Assembly (NCBI GenBank): GCA_017461385.1
Contig: JAFTXZ010000003.1
Coordinates: forward strand, 146,392 to 210,391
Reading direction: 5' to 3'
DNA from: Clostridia bacterium
Lineage (GTDB): Bacteria; Bacillota; Clostridia; Oscillospirales; CAG-272
Length of the DNA stretch: 64,000 bases
Under the pieces are notes generated by a model, which was given only the letters and a program-made list of their open reading frames with translations, ran no database searches and was not told where the DNA came from. This document shows, in pieces, positions 8,895 to 20,154 of this stretch. Position 1 is the first letter of the stretch. Each line of letters starts with the position of its first letter. Position numbers and translations under genes: made by a program.

Positions 8895-11027
8895 TCATAG
8901 TATCTCGGTTTCCTTACAAGCTACAGTAAAGCTTGCAGGCGCATTTTTTGTTAGCTGTGTCGCTCTTTGCGTTCCTTGACCATTGCCGACAAAAACAGTA
9001 TATTCGCCCTCGTTTAGCGTAAGCTCACCATTCTCGTTATAAAGAGCAAAGTCTCTTTTTCCAAGATGGAGTGTTATTTTCTTTGCTTCACCCGGCATAA
9101 GCTCAACTCGCTTGAATGCCCTTAGACTCATAACGGGTGCGTCCTTGCTATGTGCCTTTACATAAGCCTGAACGACCTCGCTTCCCTGAAGCTTGCCTTT
9201 GTTTTCTACCTCTACCGTCACATTTATTCCCTTGTCGGTCAGCTCCAAAACATCAAGCTCAGCGCTGATTTTATATGAGTTGTATGAAAGACCAAAGCCA
9301 AATGGATAAAGAGGCTCCCTCGTCATATAGCGATAGGTTCTGTCCTTCATTTCGTAATTTGTGAATTCAGGCAAATCCTCAAGAGATTTGTAAAAGGTTA
9401 TTGGTAGCTTACCCTCAAAGGAAAACTCGCCGAATATTGCCTTAGCAATAGCCTCGCCACCCCTTTCGCCTGGATACCAGCCTTGAATTATAGCATCAAA
9501 CTCCTCATCCTGCCAGCTTAAATCCATAGCGCTTCCTGTCATTGACACAAGGATTGATTTTTTTGCGTTTTCTGAAATTTCCTTCATTATTTGATTTTGT
9601 ATGCCTGGAAAGGAAAGGGTTGGCTTATCTCCCTGCATGCCAAGTCCGCCTGGCATTTCCTCTCCCTCTAGGCTTTCATCAAGCCCAAAGACTCCAATTA
9701 CTACGTCGCATTCCTTGCAAATTTCTCTCACCTCATCAAGACGATCGTTGTCATACCACTCGGTAGTTGGCTTTATAAGGTCACAGCCCTGGGAATAATA
9801 GACACGTATCCCCTCTTTTTCGCAATAATCCTGCACTCCCTCTAGCGCAGTTACGTATCTTGAAGCAATGCCGTGGTAGTTACCTTGAAGCGCAGCTCGG
9901 CTATCTGCGTTAGGTCCAATTACACCAATTGATTTAATTTTCTTTTTGTCAAGAGGCAACGCCCCATTGTTTTTCAAAAGCACAATGCTCTTTTTTGCGC
10001 ACTCCAATGCCAAGGCTCTGTGCTCAGGGCAAGCCACAACAGAATAAGGAATATTGTCCCAAGGGGTGCTTTCGTCAAACTCACCCAGCTTCATTCTTGT
10101 TGTAAATAGTCTTACGCAGCATTCGTCAATATATTTTTCCTCGAGCAAGCCACTTTTTACTGCATTGACAGCGTGCTGATACATACAGCCACAGTTTAGG
10201 TCACAGGTGTTTTCAACTGCAAGCTTAACCGACTCCATAGGCTCCTTTGTTACCTTGTGATACTCGTGGAAATATCTAATAGCCTCACAGTCAGAGGTTA
10301 CGTAGCCGTCAAAGCCCCATTTATCTCTTAAAATTCCCTTTAGGAGTGTAGGACTTCCACAACAGGGCTCATCATTAGTACGGTTGTATGCGCCCATTAC
10401 TCCCTCAACCTGTGCTTCCTTGACACAAGCCTCAAAGGCTGGCAAATAGGTTTCCCACAAATCTCTTTGACTTACCCTTGCATTAAAGCTACTTCTTATT
10501 CCCTCAGGTCCTGAGTGCACCGCGAAATGCTTAGCACAGCCAGCCGACTTTAGGTACTTTTCGTCATAGCCTTGAAGTCCATTTATAAATGCAACGCCAA
10601 TTTTTGATGTAAGATATGGATCCTCACCATAGGTTTCGTGACCTCTGCCCCAGCGTGGGTCGCGAAAAATATTAATGTTAGGAGACCAAAAGGTAAGCCC
10701 CTTGTAGCCCTTATAGTCCTTTACTCTTTGTGAAGCGTTAAATTTTGCTCTTGCCTCCGTGGAAATTACGTCTCCAACCCTTTCCACAAGCTCAGTGTCA
10801 AAGGTGGCACCAAGCGCAATAGCCTGTGGAAACATAGTAGCAACGCCTGCCCTTGCAACGCCATGAAGCGCCTCATTCCACCAGTCGTATTCCTTAATGC
10901 CTAGATGCTCTATTTCAGACGCCTTGTTTATTATTTGAGAAACCTTCTCCTCAAGCGTCATTTGGGAAACTAATGCCCTTGCACGCTCCTCAAATTCCTT
11001 TTTGTACTTTTCCTTTACGTTTGCCAT
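8895..11027 (-). CDS. Glycoside hydrolase family 3 (beta-glucosidase/beta-xylosidase type)
   Basis: GFDGYVTSDCEAI matches the GH3 GFxGxVxSDW motif. Length and domain order are typical. Confidence 0.8.
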   Translation of the reverse strand: MANVKEKYKKEFEERARALVSQMTLEEKVSQIINKASEIEHLGIKEYDWWNEALHGVARAGVATMFPQAIALGATFDTELVERVGDVISTEARAKFNASQRVKDYKGYKGLTFWSPNINIFRDPRWGRGHETYGEDPYLTSKIGVAFINGLQGYDEKYLKSAGCAKHFAVHSGPEGIRSSFNARVSQRDLWETYLPAFEACVKEAQVEGVMGAYNRTNDEPCCGSPTLLKGILRDKWGFDGYVTSDCEAIRYFHEYHKVTKEPMESVKLAVENTCDLNCGCMYQHAVNAVKSGLLEEKYIDECCVRLFTTRMKLGEFDESTPWDNIPYSVVACPEHRALALECAKKSIVLLKNNGALPLDKKKIKSIGVIGPNADSRAALQGNYHGIASRYVTALEGVQDYCEKEGIRVYYSQGCDLIKPTTEWYDNDRLDEVREICKECDVVIGVFGLDESLEGEEMPGGLGMQGDKPTLSFPGIQNQIMKEISENAKKSILVSMTGSAMDLSWQDEEFDAIIQGWYPGERGGEAIAKAIFGEFSFEGKLPITFYKSLEDLPEFTNYEMKDRTYRYMTREPLYPFGFGLSYNSYKISAELDVLELTDKGINVTVEVENKGKLQGSEVVQAYVKAHSKDAPVMSLRAFKRVELMPGEAKKITLHLGKRDFALYNENGELTLNEGEYTVFVGNGQGTQRATQLTKNAPASFTVACKETEIL

Positions 11028-11028
11028 A

Positions 11029-13014
11029 TTACTCTCCCTTAAATAGCTCAGTAGTAAGCTCGCTACCCTTTCTTATAAATACAGGTATTTTCTCAATAGG
11101 TGCATCAACAATTATAGACACTCCCCCTTGAATTTCCTCGCCAGAGAATGCATCAATCCAAGAGCTTCCATTTGGTAAATACACCTCTCTTTGTCGCTTT
11201 CCTAAATAGCATACAGGACAAACTAAAAGGTCGTTACCAAGCATAAATTGGTCCTCAATTTCCCAACATTTTAAGTCAGTTGGAAAATCATAAAATAGTG
11301 GCCTTGTAGGTGGTGTACCCTGCTTGTGGGCTACGTCCATAATTTCCTTTAGATAAGGTCTTAGTCTTTCTCTTAGGAAAACGTAGTCCTTCATTATTTG
11401 GAAATTATCCTCACCATAGGACCAAAGCTCGTTATTTCCACCACTAAAGCATTGACCGGCACCCGTTGCTCCCTCCCTTGCAGGAATATATGGCGCACGA
11501 TAGCCGTGCATACGAAGGACGGGCAAGAAGGTTGCATACTCAAACCATCTTACAACAAGCTCACGATAGTCCTCGTCGTCAGGGTCACCCTCGTCAAAGC
11601 CTCCAATATCGGTAGTCCACCAAGGAATACCAGCAATTGCCATATTAAGCCCGGCTCTAATTTGACACCTTAACGCCTCAAAGGTTGGCATAATATCGCC
11701 ACTCCAAACAAGAGCACCATATTTTGCGCTACCTGCCCAAGCACAACGAATAAGACAAATAGGCTCCTTTTCCCCTGCCTCTATAAGTCCCTCATAAAAG
11801 CCCTTTAGATAGTCAACGGGGTAAACATTTCCCACCTCGGCACAATGGCCCTTGTAGTATCTATGATTGTCAAAATCATAGGTCATATATTCAGGCTCAG
11901 CCTCATCAAGCCAGAAAAGGCGAATACCCTTATCGTAATAATTTTTCTTTATCTTATTCCAAACATATTGTCTTGCATCTGGGTTAGTCGCATCATAGAA
12001 TACAGCCGGCTGTACGCAATCCATTTGCATAAATGAGCCTCTGTCATTCTTAATAAGCATACCTCCCTCAAGCATTTCCTCGTAGCTTTCTCCACCCTTT
12101 TCAACGGTAGGCCAAACGGACACCATAAGCTCTGTGCCCATTTGTGCAAGCTCCTTAGTCATAGCAAGAGGGTCTGGGAAATAATCATAGTCAAAGCGAT
12201 AATCCCCTTGGTGAGGCCAATGGAAAAAGTCGCAAACTATAACGGAAAGCGGAATACCAAGCTCCTTATATTTCCTTGCAACGCTCATTAGCTCCTCTTG
12301 AGTGCTATAACGCAACTTAGATTGCCAAAGTCCTAGTGCGTACTCAGGCATTTTAGGTGGCTTACCTACTGCCTCCATATACCTCTCAACTATTTTTGCA
12401 GGAGTGTCCTCTACTATTATTAAGTAGTCTAATACGTCAGTTGACTCTGCCTTAAATTTTGTCAGGTTAGTGCCGAAAATAGCCTCGCCAATAGCTGGCA
12501 AATTCCAAAGAAAGCCATAGCCAAGGCTAGATAAATAAAAGGGCACGCTAGCCTGTGAATTTCTGTGTGCTAGCTCCAAAACAGCACCCTTCAGGTTCAA
12601 AAGCTCCTGCTGGTACTGACCCATACCAAAAATTTTCTCATTGGCAATTGACTCAAAGGTCATTGTAAGCTGATACTTGCCTAGGTGATTAGCCTTAAAA
12701 AATCTTGCAGGCGCCTTTAAGGGCTTTTGCCTTAATGCTTCCTCAAGCAATTTTTCTCCCCTTTGATTGTAGAAGGTAATTTTTCCGTTTTTGTCTATTT
12801 CTGCCCTTGCGTTTCCGTTTTTAATAGTGGCACAATCTTCAAAAATTTCAATCTCTGCCTTTTCCTTGTTTACGTCAAGCAAGGCTCTTGCTTCATTGTC
12901 AAGCCTGCCAATAGGTGTTGCCCTTACACGTAAGGAGTTTTTGCCCCAAGGCTCAATTCTTACAAGCTCACCATCAAAAAATCTAATAAGTCCGTTGTTA
13001 TCTATCTTAAGCAT
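11029..13014 (-). CDS. Glycoside hydrolase family 31 (alpha-xylosidase/alpha-glucosidase type)
   Basis: YicI-like N-terminus MLKIDNNGLIRF...RVRAT. Catalytic region LFWLDEAEPE. GGFDEGDPDD...ELVVRWFEYATFLPVLRMHG matches the GH31 C-terminal catalytic block. The gap to the GH3 gene is 1 nt, so they form an operon. Confidence 0.75.
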   Translation of the reverse strand: MLKIDNNGLIRFFDGELVRIEPWGKNSLRVRATPIGRLDNEARALLDVNKEKAEIEIFEDCATIKNGNARAEIDKNGKITFYNQRGEKLLEEALRQKPLKAPARFFKANHLGKYQLTMTFESIANEKIFGMGQYQQELLNLKGAVLELAHRNSQASVPFYLSSLGYGFLWNLPAIGEAIFGTNLTKFKAESTDVLDYLIIVEDTPAKIVERYMEAVGKPPKMPEYALGLWQSKLRYSTQEELMSVARKYKELGIPLSVIVCDFFHWPHQGDYRFDYDYFPDPLAMTKELAQMGTELMVSVWPTVEKGGESYEEMLEGGMLIKNDRGSFMQMDCVQPAVFYDATNPDARQYVWNKIKKNYYDKGIRLFWLDEAEPEYMTYDFDNHRYYKGHCAEVGNVYPVDYLKGFYEGLIEAGEKEPICLIRCAWAGSAKYGALVWSGDIMPTFEALRCQIRAGLNMAIAGIPWWTTDIGGFDEGDPDDEDYRELVVRWFEYATFLPVLRMHGYRAPYIPAREGATGAGQCFSGGNNELWSYGEDNFQIMKDYVFLRERLRPYLKEIMDVAHKQGTPPTRPLFYDFPTDLKCWEIEDQFMLGNDLLVCPVCYLGKRQREVYLPNGSSWIDAFSGEEIQGGVSIIVDAPIEKIPVFIRKGSELTTELFKGE

Positions 13015-13094
13015 AAAAATTCCCCTTTCTATTCCTATGTTAAACCATAATCATACCTAAAACAATTCAACAATCATAAATTTATAGTCATAAA

Positions 13095-13868
13095 TTAAGA
13101 TTTTGAACCTCTATCTTGTCTAAACTCCTTAGGTGTTACACCTGTTATCGCCCTGAAGTTTCTATTAAAGGAGCAAAGACTATCATAGCCACATTCGTAG
13201 GCTATTTGGGAAATGCTTTTATTTTCCGTTGTCAAAAGGTGCTGTGCGTGAGAAATCCTGTACTCGTTAAGAAGAGCTCTAAAGGTGCTTTTTAATCCCT
13301 TTTTAATAAGAGAGGTTACGTATCTGTGGTCGTAGCCCAGCTCCTTAGCCACGTCAATTGCCGTAATAGGCTCCTGATAATGCTCGGAAATGTAGGTAAG
13401 AATTCTTACGTAGTTGTCAGCGCTTTTGCTTTTTCTTTCAACGAAGCTTGTGCTTTTGTTAAAGATATGGGCGATTTTATAATAAATCGACTTCAAAAGA
13501 TACTTGTCTGCCCCTTCTGTGTGAAGCTCGTCAAGGACTGAAAAATCAAGCTCAAAAACAGGATTGAGCGCCATTTTATCCTTCACCTTGTGATAAAATG
13601 AGCTTATGTAATTGTTTGCAAAAATATGGACTCTGCTTTTTGATTTTACCGGTGTTCTGTATGAGTGAATCCTGTTTGGTAAAATCATAATTGCCTGTCC
13701 ACCAGAAACACAATAATCGCACCCCTCAATAGTTACAATAACCTCGCCGTCAATTACATAAAAAATCTCAAAGCTATTGTGTAAATGAAGGTCAAAGGAT
13801 ATATTTTCATCATCTCTTTCAAAGGTTTCATAATTTAAGTAAGACCTAAATTCTTCATATATTACCAT
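13095..13868 (-). CDS. AraC-family transcriptional regulator (cupin sensor plus AraC HTH), likely regulating the xylose/xyloside genes
   Basis: N-terminal cupin and C-terminal paired HTH (SISQIAYECGYDSLCSFNRNFRAITGVTPKEFRQ). RBS GAGGTG precedes the ATG at 13868; the track TTG start at 13880 is less likely. Divergent to xylA. Confidence 0.8.
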   Translation of the reverse strand: MVIYEEFRSYLNYETFERDDENISFDLHLHNSFEIFYVIDGEVIVTIEGCDYCVSGGQAIMILPNRIHSYRTPVKSKSRVHIFANNYISSFYHKVKDKMALNPVFELDFSVLDELHTEGADKYLLKSIYYKIAHIFNKSTSFVERKSKSADNYVRILTYISEHYQEPITAIDVAKELGYDHRYVTSLIKKGLKSTFRALLNEYRISHAQHLLTTENKSISQIAYECGYDSLCSFNRNFRAITGVTPKEFRQDRGSKS

Positions 13869-13980
13869 AAAGCACCTCAAAATATTAATTTGTGATTATA
13901 ATTATATCACTAATGAATAGAATTTTCAACAAGTATGTATTAAGATTATAATAGATAAATATTTTTTAAGGAGTAATATC

Positions 13981-15297
13981 ATGTCAATTTTTGAATCAAT
14001 TCCACAAATCAAATACGAGGGTCCTAAGAGCAAAAACCCACTTGCGTTTAAGTATTATGACCCAGACAAGGTAATTATGGGCAAAAAAATGTCCGAGCAT
14101 CTTCCCTTCGCAATGGCTTGGTGGCACAATCTTTGTGCAGAGGGTACAGATATGTTTGGCCGTGGCGTTGCAAACAAATCCTTTGGCTGTGAGTACGGCA
14201 CAATGGAGCATGCAAAAGCCAAGGTAGATGCAGGCTTTGAGTTTATGCAAAAGCTAGGTATTAAGTACTTCTGCTTCCACGACGTTGATATCGTACCAGA
14301 GGCAGATGATATCAAGGAAACAAATCGTCGTCTTGATGAAATTACCGACTACATTCTTGAAAAGATGAACGAAACAGGCATTAAGTGTCTTTGGGGCACA
14401 GCTAATATGTTCTCAAATCCTCGCTTCTGTAACGGTGCAGGAAGCTCCAACAGCGCTGAAGTATTTGCCTTTGCTTGCGCACAGGTAAAAAAGGCACTTG
14501 AGCTAACGGTTAAGCTCGGTGGTCGTGGCTACGTGTTCTGGGGTGGTCGCGAGGGCTACGAAACACTTATAAACACAGACGTAAAATTTGAGCAGGACAA
14601 TATCGCCCGCCTAATGAAAATGGCAGTTGAGTATGGTAGAAAAATAGGCTTTACAGGCGACTTCTACATAGAGCCAAAGCCAAAGGAGCCAATGAAGCAC
14701 CAATACGATTTTGACGCAGCAACTGCAATAGGCTTTTTGAAGGCGCATGGTCTTGACAAGGACTTTAAGATGAATATTGAGGCAAACCACGCAACCCTTG
14801 CAGGTCATACCTTTGAGCATGATTTAAGAATTAGCGCAATCAATGGTATGCTTGGCTCAATTGACGCTAACCAAGGCGACTATTTGCTGGGCTGGGACAC
14901 TGATGAGTTCCCATTTGACGTTTATTCTGCAACTATGTGTATGTACGAGGTGCTAAAGGCTGGTGGCTTGACTGGTGGCTTTAACTTTGATGCAAAGAAC
15001 AGACGTCCATCCTACACCTACGAGGATATGTTTATCGGCTTTATTCTTGGCATGGATACATTTGCACTTGGCCTTATGAAGGCTGCTGAGCTTATTGAGG
15101 ACGGACGCGTTGACGAGTTTAAGGCGCAAAGATATTCAAGCTACTACAATACAGAAATCGGCAAAAAAATCCTTTCAGACAATGCAACGCTTGAGGAAAT
15201 CTCAGCTTATGCAGAGGGACTTGGTAAGGCCTCACTTCCAGGTAGTGGTAAGCAGGAATACCTTGAGGGTGTTATTAACCAAATTCTTTTCAACTAA
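13981..15297 (+). CDS. xylA: Xylose isomerase
   Basis: [37 protein letters not shown]...FAMAWWH is the canonical XylA N-terminus; full length 438 aa. Confidence 0.95.
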   Translation: MSIFESIPQIKYEGPKSKNPLAFKYYDPDKVIMGKKMSEHLPFAMAWWHNLCAEGTDMFGRGVANKSFGCEYGTMEHAKAKVDAGFEFMQKLGIKYFCFHDVDIVPEADDIKETNRRLDEITDYILEKMNETGIKCLWGTANMFSNPRFCNGAGSSNSAEVFAFACAQVKKALELTVKLGGRGYVFWGGREGYETLINTDVKFEQDNIARLMKMAVEYGRKIGFTGDFYIEPKPKEPMKHQYDFDAATAIGFLKAHGLDKDFKMNIEANHATLAGHTFEHDLRISAINGMLGSIDANQGDYLLGWDTDEFPFDVYSATMCMYEVLKAGGLTGGFNFDAKNRRPSYTYEDMFIGFILGMDTFALGLMKAAELIEDGRVDEFKAQRYSSYYNTEIGKKILSDNATLEEISAYAEGLGKASLPGSGKQEYLEGVINQILFN

Positions 15298-15306
15298 GGT
15301 ATAAAA

Positions 15307-16779
15307 ATGAATACTTATATCGGAATAGACCTGGGCACCTCCTCGGTAAAGCTATCACTAGTTGGTGCCGATGGTAAAATATTAAAATCAGCAACGCGCT
15401 CTTACCCTGTCAACTATCCACAAAGTGGCTGGAGCGAGCAAGCCCCAGAGAATTGGTACGACTCTACCCTTGACGCAATAGTTGAATTGCTAGAGGGACA
15501 GAACAAAAAAGCAGTACGTGGCATTTCCTTTGGCGGACAAATGCATGGTCTTGTAATTCTTGATAAAAACGACAAGGTTTTGCGTCCTGCTATACTTTGG
15601 AATGATGGCAGAACCTTTAAGGAAACCGAATACCTAAACACAGTAATCGGCAAGGAAAAGCTATCAGAGTATACAGCAAATATTGCCTTTGCAGGCTTTA
15701 CCGCACCAAAAATTCTATGGGTTAAGGAAAACGAGCCTGAAATTTTTGAAAAAATTGAAAAGATTATGTTACCAAAGGACTATCTTGCATATATGCTAAG
15801 TGGCGCCTTTGCAACAGATTTTTCCGATGCCTCGGGTATGCTGCTTTTAGACGTTGAAAACAGATGTTGGAGCAAGGAAATGCTAAATATCTGTGGTGTA
15901 ACGGAAAATATGCTACCTACCCTTTATGAATCAAGCGAGAAAATAGGCACGCTTAAGATTGACCTTGCAGAAAAGCTGGGTCTTGATAAGGACGTAGCAA
16001 TTGTTATAGGTGCAGGAGACAATGCAGGCGCTGCCGTTGGTACAGGCACTGTAAACAATGGTAGCTGTAATATTTCTCTTGGTACAAGTGGTACTGTTTT
16101 TGTATCTCAAGATAAGTTTTTTGTTGATTCCTCAAATGCGCTTCATAGCTTCTGTCACTCAAACGGCAAATATCATCTTATGGGCTGTATTCTTTCTGCG
16201 GCATCCTGTAATAAGTGGTGGGTTGAGGATATTCTCGGCACAACCGATTTTAGGAAAGAGGAGTCAGAGTGCGATTCTTATCTTGGCGAAAACGAGGTTT
16301 TATTCTTGCCTTACCTAATGGGTGAAAGAAGTCCTCACAACGATACCGATGCCCGTGGCGCATTTATAGGTATGCGACCAAACACCAAAAGGTGTCAAAT
16401 GACTCTTTCCGTTTTAGAGGGTGTTGCCTTTGCCCTTCGTGATTGCGTGGAAATCGCTAATGAGGCAGGCATCAAAATCGACAAAACAACAGCCTGTGGA
16501 GGCGGAGCAAAGAGTCCGCTTTGGCGTAAAATCTTGGCAAATGTTCTTGGTATTCCCGTGCTTCGCACAGAAATCGAGGAGGGTCCCTCCTACGGTGGTG
16601 CAATCCTTGCAATGGTAGGCTGTGGCGAATATAAAACTGTAGAGGAAGCCACAGAAAAGCTAATTAAAATAAAGGACGAAACAGCCCCCGACACTATCCT
16701 TACACAAAAATACGAGCAAAAATATCAGCTTTGGAAAAAGCTTTACCCTGCATTAAAGGACGTATATAAGCAATTCTAA
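15307..16779 (+). CDS. xylB: Xylulokinase (FGGY carbohydrate kinase)
   Basis: MNTYIGIDLGTSSVKLSLV and FGGY-family motifs throughout. Immediately downstream of xylA. Confidence 0.9.
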   Translation: MNTYIGIDLGTSSVKLSLVGADGKILKSATRSYPVNYPQSGWSEQAPENWYDSTLDAIVELLEGQNKKAVRGISFGGQMHGLVILDKNDKVLRPAILWNDGRTFKETEYLNTVIGKEKLSEYTANIAFAGFTAPKILWVKENEPEIFEKIEKIMLPKDYLAYMLSGAFATDFSDASGMLLLDVENRCWSKEMLNICGVTENMLPTLYESSEKIGTLKIDLAEKLGLDKDVAIVIGAGDNAGAAVGTGTVNNGSCNISLGTSGTVFVSQDKFFVDSSNALHSFCHSNGKYHLMGCILSAASCNKWWVEDILGTTDFRKEESECDSYLGENEVLFLPYLMGERSPHNDTDARGAFIGMRPNTKRCQMTLSVLEGVAFALRDCVEIANEAGIKIDKTTACGGGAKSPLWRKILANVLGIPVLRTEIEEGPSYGGAILAMVGCGEYKTVEEATEKLIKIKDETAPDTILTQKYEQKYQLWKKLYPALKDVYKQF

Positions 16780-16785
16780 TAAAAA

Positions 16786-16816
16786 AGATGCAATCAGTTC
16801 CGATTGCATCTTTTTA
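16786..16816 (+). terminator. Rho-independent terminator after xylB (first of two)
   Basis: AGATGCAATC-AGTTCCG-ATTGCATCT then TTTTT. Confidence 0.75.
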
Positions 16817-16821
16817 TATTC

Positions 16822-16853
16822 AAAACGGAGCAGATTTCTCTGCTCCGTTTTTG
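16822..16853 (+). terminator. Second tandem terminator after xylB
   Basis: ACGGAGCAG-ATTTCTC-CTGCTCCGT then TTTTT. Confidence 0.7.
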
Positions 16854-16861
16854 TTAATTTA

Positions 16862-17338
16862 CGCACCAACTAACAACTAGGGAAAGTTAGAAACAAGAAT
16901 TTCTCGTGAACCCCCAAAACTCATACCTCGTTTCGGGGAACCCCTCCCACGGCGCACCGCAGGCAGGGGACGAAGTCGTACTTTGCGTACGTCGAGGTCA
17001 CTGCCGAGGAGCAACACAGAAATGCGACGCTTATCGCACCAACTAACGACTAGGGAAAGTTAGAAGCAAGAATTCCTCGTGAACCCCCAAAAATTCGCAG
17101 AATTTTCGGGGAACCCCTTCCACGGCGCACCGGAGTTGGCAGATGATGACGTACTTTGCGTACGTCGAATTTGTCAGCGAGGAGCAACAACGAATTTCGT
17201 AGCTTATCACTTTACCTAGCATCTAGATGAACAAGAAGCAAACATTTCAAGGCGCACCGCAGGCAGGGGACGAAGTCGTACTTTGCGTACATCGAGGTCA
17301 CTGCCGAGGAGCAACACAGAAATGCGACGCTTATTGCG
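16862..17338. repeat. GC-rich 173-bp tandem repeat array, about 2.7 copies, non-coding
   Basis: Copy 1 is 16862-17034 and copy 2 is 17035-17207. The third unit has a divergent 5' part, but its 3' half (17251-17334) is near-identical to copy 1 (one mismatch). Each full copy carries the hairpin motif GAACCCCCAAAA...TTTCGGGGAAC (16908-16941 and 17081-17114). The array abuts the infB stop codon at 17339-17341. Confidence 0.85.
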
Positions 17339-20137
17339 TTATCTCGCAACTTCTTGCATTTCGTAAGCTTCTAATATATCCCCTTCCTTTATGTCGTTAA
17401 ACTTATCTAGTCCAACGCCACACTCGTAGCCAGCTGCAACCTCTTTTGCATCGTCCTTGAATCTCTTCAAGGAAGAAATTTTGTCTTCTGCTATTACTAC
17501 ACCGTCACGAATAATTCTTATGAGGGATTGTCTTGTAATCTTACCGTCTTGAACGTAGCTACCTGCAATTGTACCAACGTTTGGAACTCTGATGGTCTGA
17601 CGAACTTCAGCGTGGCCGTTGATAACCTCTTTATAGGTTGGTGCAAGCATACCCTTCATAGCAGCTTCGATTTCTTCTATGATTTCATAAATAATTCTAT
17701 GGGTTCTAATATCAACGCCCTGTCTTTCTGCAGAGTCAATAGCACTCTTGTCAGGACGTACGTTAAAGCCAACGATAATTGCATTTGATGCAGCAGCAAG
17801 CATAACGTCGCCCTCAGTAATACCACCAACGGCTGTATGAATTACGCTAACCTTAACCTCTGGATTGGAAAGCTTAACAAGTGAAGCCTTTACAGCCTCT
17901 GCGCTTCCTCCAACGTCTGCCTTAACGATAATATTGATTTCCTTAGCACCGTCGCTAATTTGAGCAAATAGGTCGTCAAGGTTAACCTTTGCATTAGCCT
18001 TGAATACCTCCTCCTTAGCCTTAGCCTTTCTTTGCTCAGCAAGCTCTCTTGCCATCTTTTCATCCTTAACGGCATTGAACTCATCACCTGCCTGTGGAAC
18101 CTCGGAAAGACCAGTAATTTCAACAGGAACAGATGGACCTGCAACCTTAAGTGATTTTCCGTTGTGGTCAGTCATAGCTCTTACGTGACCTACTGCAGTG
18201 CCTGCAATAACAACGTCACCAGACTTAAGTGTACCATTTTGTATAAGAATTGTTGCAACAGGTCCTCTACCCTTATCAAGCTTAGCCTCAATAACGATAC
18301 CCTTAGCAAGTCTGTCAGGATTTGCCTTAAGCTCCTTAACCTCAGCAATAAGCAAAATACTTTCAAGTAGGTCGTCAATACCCATCTTTGTGTGAGCAGA
18401 AACAGGAATACACATAACGTCACCACCCCATTCCTCCGGAACAAGGTCGTATTTTGTTAGCTCCTGCATAATGTTGTCAGGATTTGCAGTTGGCTTATCC
18501 ATCTTATTTATAGCAACAACGATATCTACGCCAGCAGCCTTTGCGTGGTTGATAGCCTCAACGGTTTGTGGCATAATTCCGTCGTCTGCTGCAACAACGA
18601 TGATTGCAATATCAGTTGCCATAGCACCACGTAGACGCATAGCAGTAAATGCCTCATGGCCCGGGGTGTCAAGGAACGTAATGTCCTTGCCGTTAATATT
18701 TACTCTGTAAGCACCGATGTGCTGGGTAATACCACCAGCCTCACCAGTTGTAACGTGAGTGTGTCTGATTGCGTCAAGAAGTGATGTTTTACCATGGTCA
18801 ACGTGTCCCATAACGCAAACAACCGGAGCTCTCTCCTTAAGGCTTTCCGGAGCATCAACCTCCTCCTCAAAGAGCTTTTCCTCGATTGTAACCACAACCT
18901 CTTTAGAAACCTTAGCGCCAAGCTCATCACCAATTAGATATGCTGTATCATAGTCAATTACTTGGTTTACGGAAGCCATAACGCCCATAAGCATAAGTCT
19001 TTTGATAACCTCGCCAGAGTTTACCTTAAGTCTTGTTGCAAGCTCACCAACGGTAATTTCGTCTGGAACAGTAATAGCAAGCTGAGTGTTCTTAGCCTTT
19101 TCAAAGATAGCTCTCTTTTGCTTATCAAGCTGTCTTTCCTTGTCCTTTTTAGAGCCGAAGCCCTCCTTGTTATTCTGCTTTTTGAGCTTTTGTCTGTTGC
19201 TTCCGCCACCTTGGTATCTCTCGTTCTCGTCCTCGTATGCCTCAAACTTTTCATCATACTTAGAAAGGTTTACGTTAGATGAACGAGTATCTACAAGACG
19301 GGTTGCACCTGTCTTTGTCTTAATCTCGATAACGTTGCTTTCAGGCTTCTTGGTTTTTGGCATAACGTTGTAGGTACGGCGCTCGCCACCGTCTTTATCG
19401 AAGCCACCAAATTGACCCTTTTGTCCCTTATCAAACTTATTGTTGTTATCGAATTTGCGGTCAGGTCTTTGTCCTTGACCCTGTCCCTTATTATCAAAGG
19501 ACTTCTTTTCAAACTTGTTCTCGAATCTGTCATTTTTATTCTCGAACTTGTTTTCGCCCTTAAAGTCAGGCTTTTTATCGAACTTTTGGTTGTTACCAAA
19601 ATCCTTTTTCTCAAATTTCTGCTCTGGCTTAGTCTCAGGCTTCTTTTCTACCTTAGCCTCAACCTTTGCTTCAACCTTTGGTTCAGGCTTCTTCTCTACC
19701 TTAGCCTCAACCTTAGGTTCAACCTTAGCTTCTACCTTCTTTTCAGCCTTTGGTTCAACCTTTGATTCAACCTTTGGCTCAGGCTTCTTCTCTACCTTAG
19801 CTTCAACCTTTACTTCAACCTTTGGTTCAGGCTTCTTCTCTACCTTTACCTCTGGCTTAGCTTCAACCTTAGGCTCAACCTTCGGTTCGGCCTTTACCTC
19901 TGGCTTCTTTTCTGCCTTTTTCTTCCTTGTGCCAATGGTAATCTCACCATTTAGGTATTTCTCCATCAAGCCCTTTGCCTGATGCTCCATTGTATATTTG
20001 TTCAAGAAAACGGAGATTTCATCATCTTGAATATTTCCTGTCTGTTGCTTTTGTCCTAAGCCGTATTTCTCAATTAGGTCAAGAGCGTCCTTTATATCAA
20101 GGCCTAAATCCTTTGCAAAGTCTTTAATTCGTGCCAT
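17339..20137 (-). CDS. infB: Translation initiation factor IF-2 with an N-terminal KPEVK repeat region
   Basis: GTPase motifs [16 protein letters not shown]...DTPGHEAF...NKMD, 932 aa. The gene context is that of the nusA operon. Confidence 0.95.
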   Translation of the reverse strand: MARIKDFAKDLGLDIKDALDLIEKYGLGQKQQTGNIQDDEISVFLNKYTMEHQAKGLMEKYLNGEITIGTRKKKAEKKPEVKAEPKVEPKVEAKPEVKVEKKPEPKVEVKVEAKVEKKPEPKVESKVEPKAEKKVEAKVEPKVEAKVEKKPEPKVEAKVEAKVEKKPETKPEQKFEKKDFGNNQKFDKKPDFKGENKFENKNDRFENKFEKKSFDNKGQGQGQRPDRKFDNNNKFDKGQKGQFGGFDKDGGERRTYNVMPKTKKPESNVIEIKTKTGATRLVDTRSSNVNLSKYDEKFEAYEDENERYQGGGSNRQKLKKQNNKEGFGSKKDKERQLDKQKRAIFEKAKNTQLAITVPDEITVGELATRLKVNSGEVIKRLMLMGVMASVNQVIDYDTAYLIGDELGAKVSKEVVVTIEEKLFEEEVDAPESLKERAPVVCVMGHVDHGKTSLLDAIRHTHVTTGEAGGITQHIGAYRVNINGKDITFLDTPGHEAFTAMRLRGAMATDIAIIVVAADDGIMPQTVEAINHAKAAGVDIVVAINKMDKPTANPDNIMQELTKYDLVPEEWGGDVMCIPVSAHTKMGIDDLLESILLIAEVKELKANPDRLAKGIVIEAKLDKGRGPVATILIQNGTLKSGDVVIAGTAVGHVRAMTDHNGKSLKVAGPSVPVEITGLSEVPQAGDEFNAVKDEKMARELAEQRKAKAKEEVFKANAKVNLDDLFAQISDGAKEINIIVKADVGGSAEAVKASLVKLSNPEVKVSVIHTAVGGITEGDVMLAAASNAIIVGFNVRPDKSAIDSAERQGVDIRTHRIIYEIIEEIEAAMKGMLAPTYKEVINGHAEVRQTIRVPNVGTIAGSYVQDGKITRQSLIRIIRDGVVIAEDKISSLKRFKDDAKEVAAGYECGVGLDKFNDIKEGDILEAYEMQEVAR

Positions 20138-20154
20138 ACGCTACACCTCTTTCT

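Noticed and set aside
16862-17338. Possible CRISPR array
   Set aside because: The repeat unit is 173 bp with no unique spacers between copies. There are no cas genes nearby. It is a tandem duplication, not a CRISPR array.
17528-19982. Multiple 60-160 aa ORFs on both strands inside infB
   Set aside because: They are antisense or alternative-frame ORFs inside a highly conserved gene. The low-complexity repeat region of infB generates long artefactual frames.
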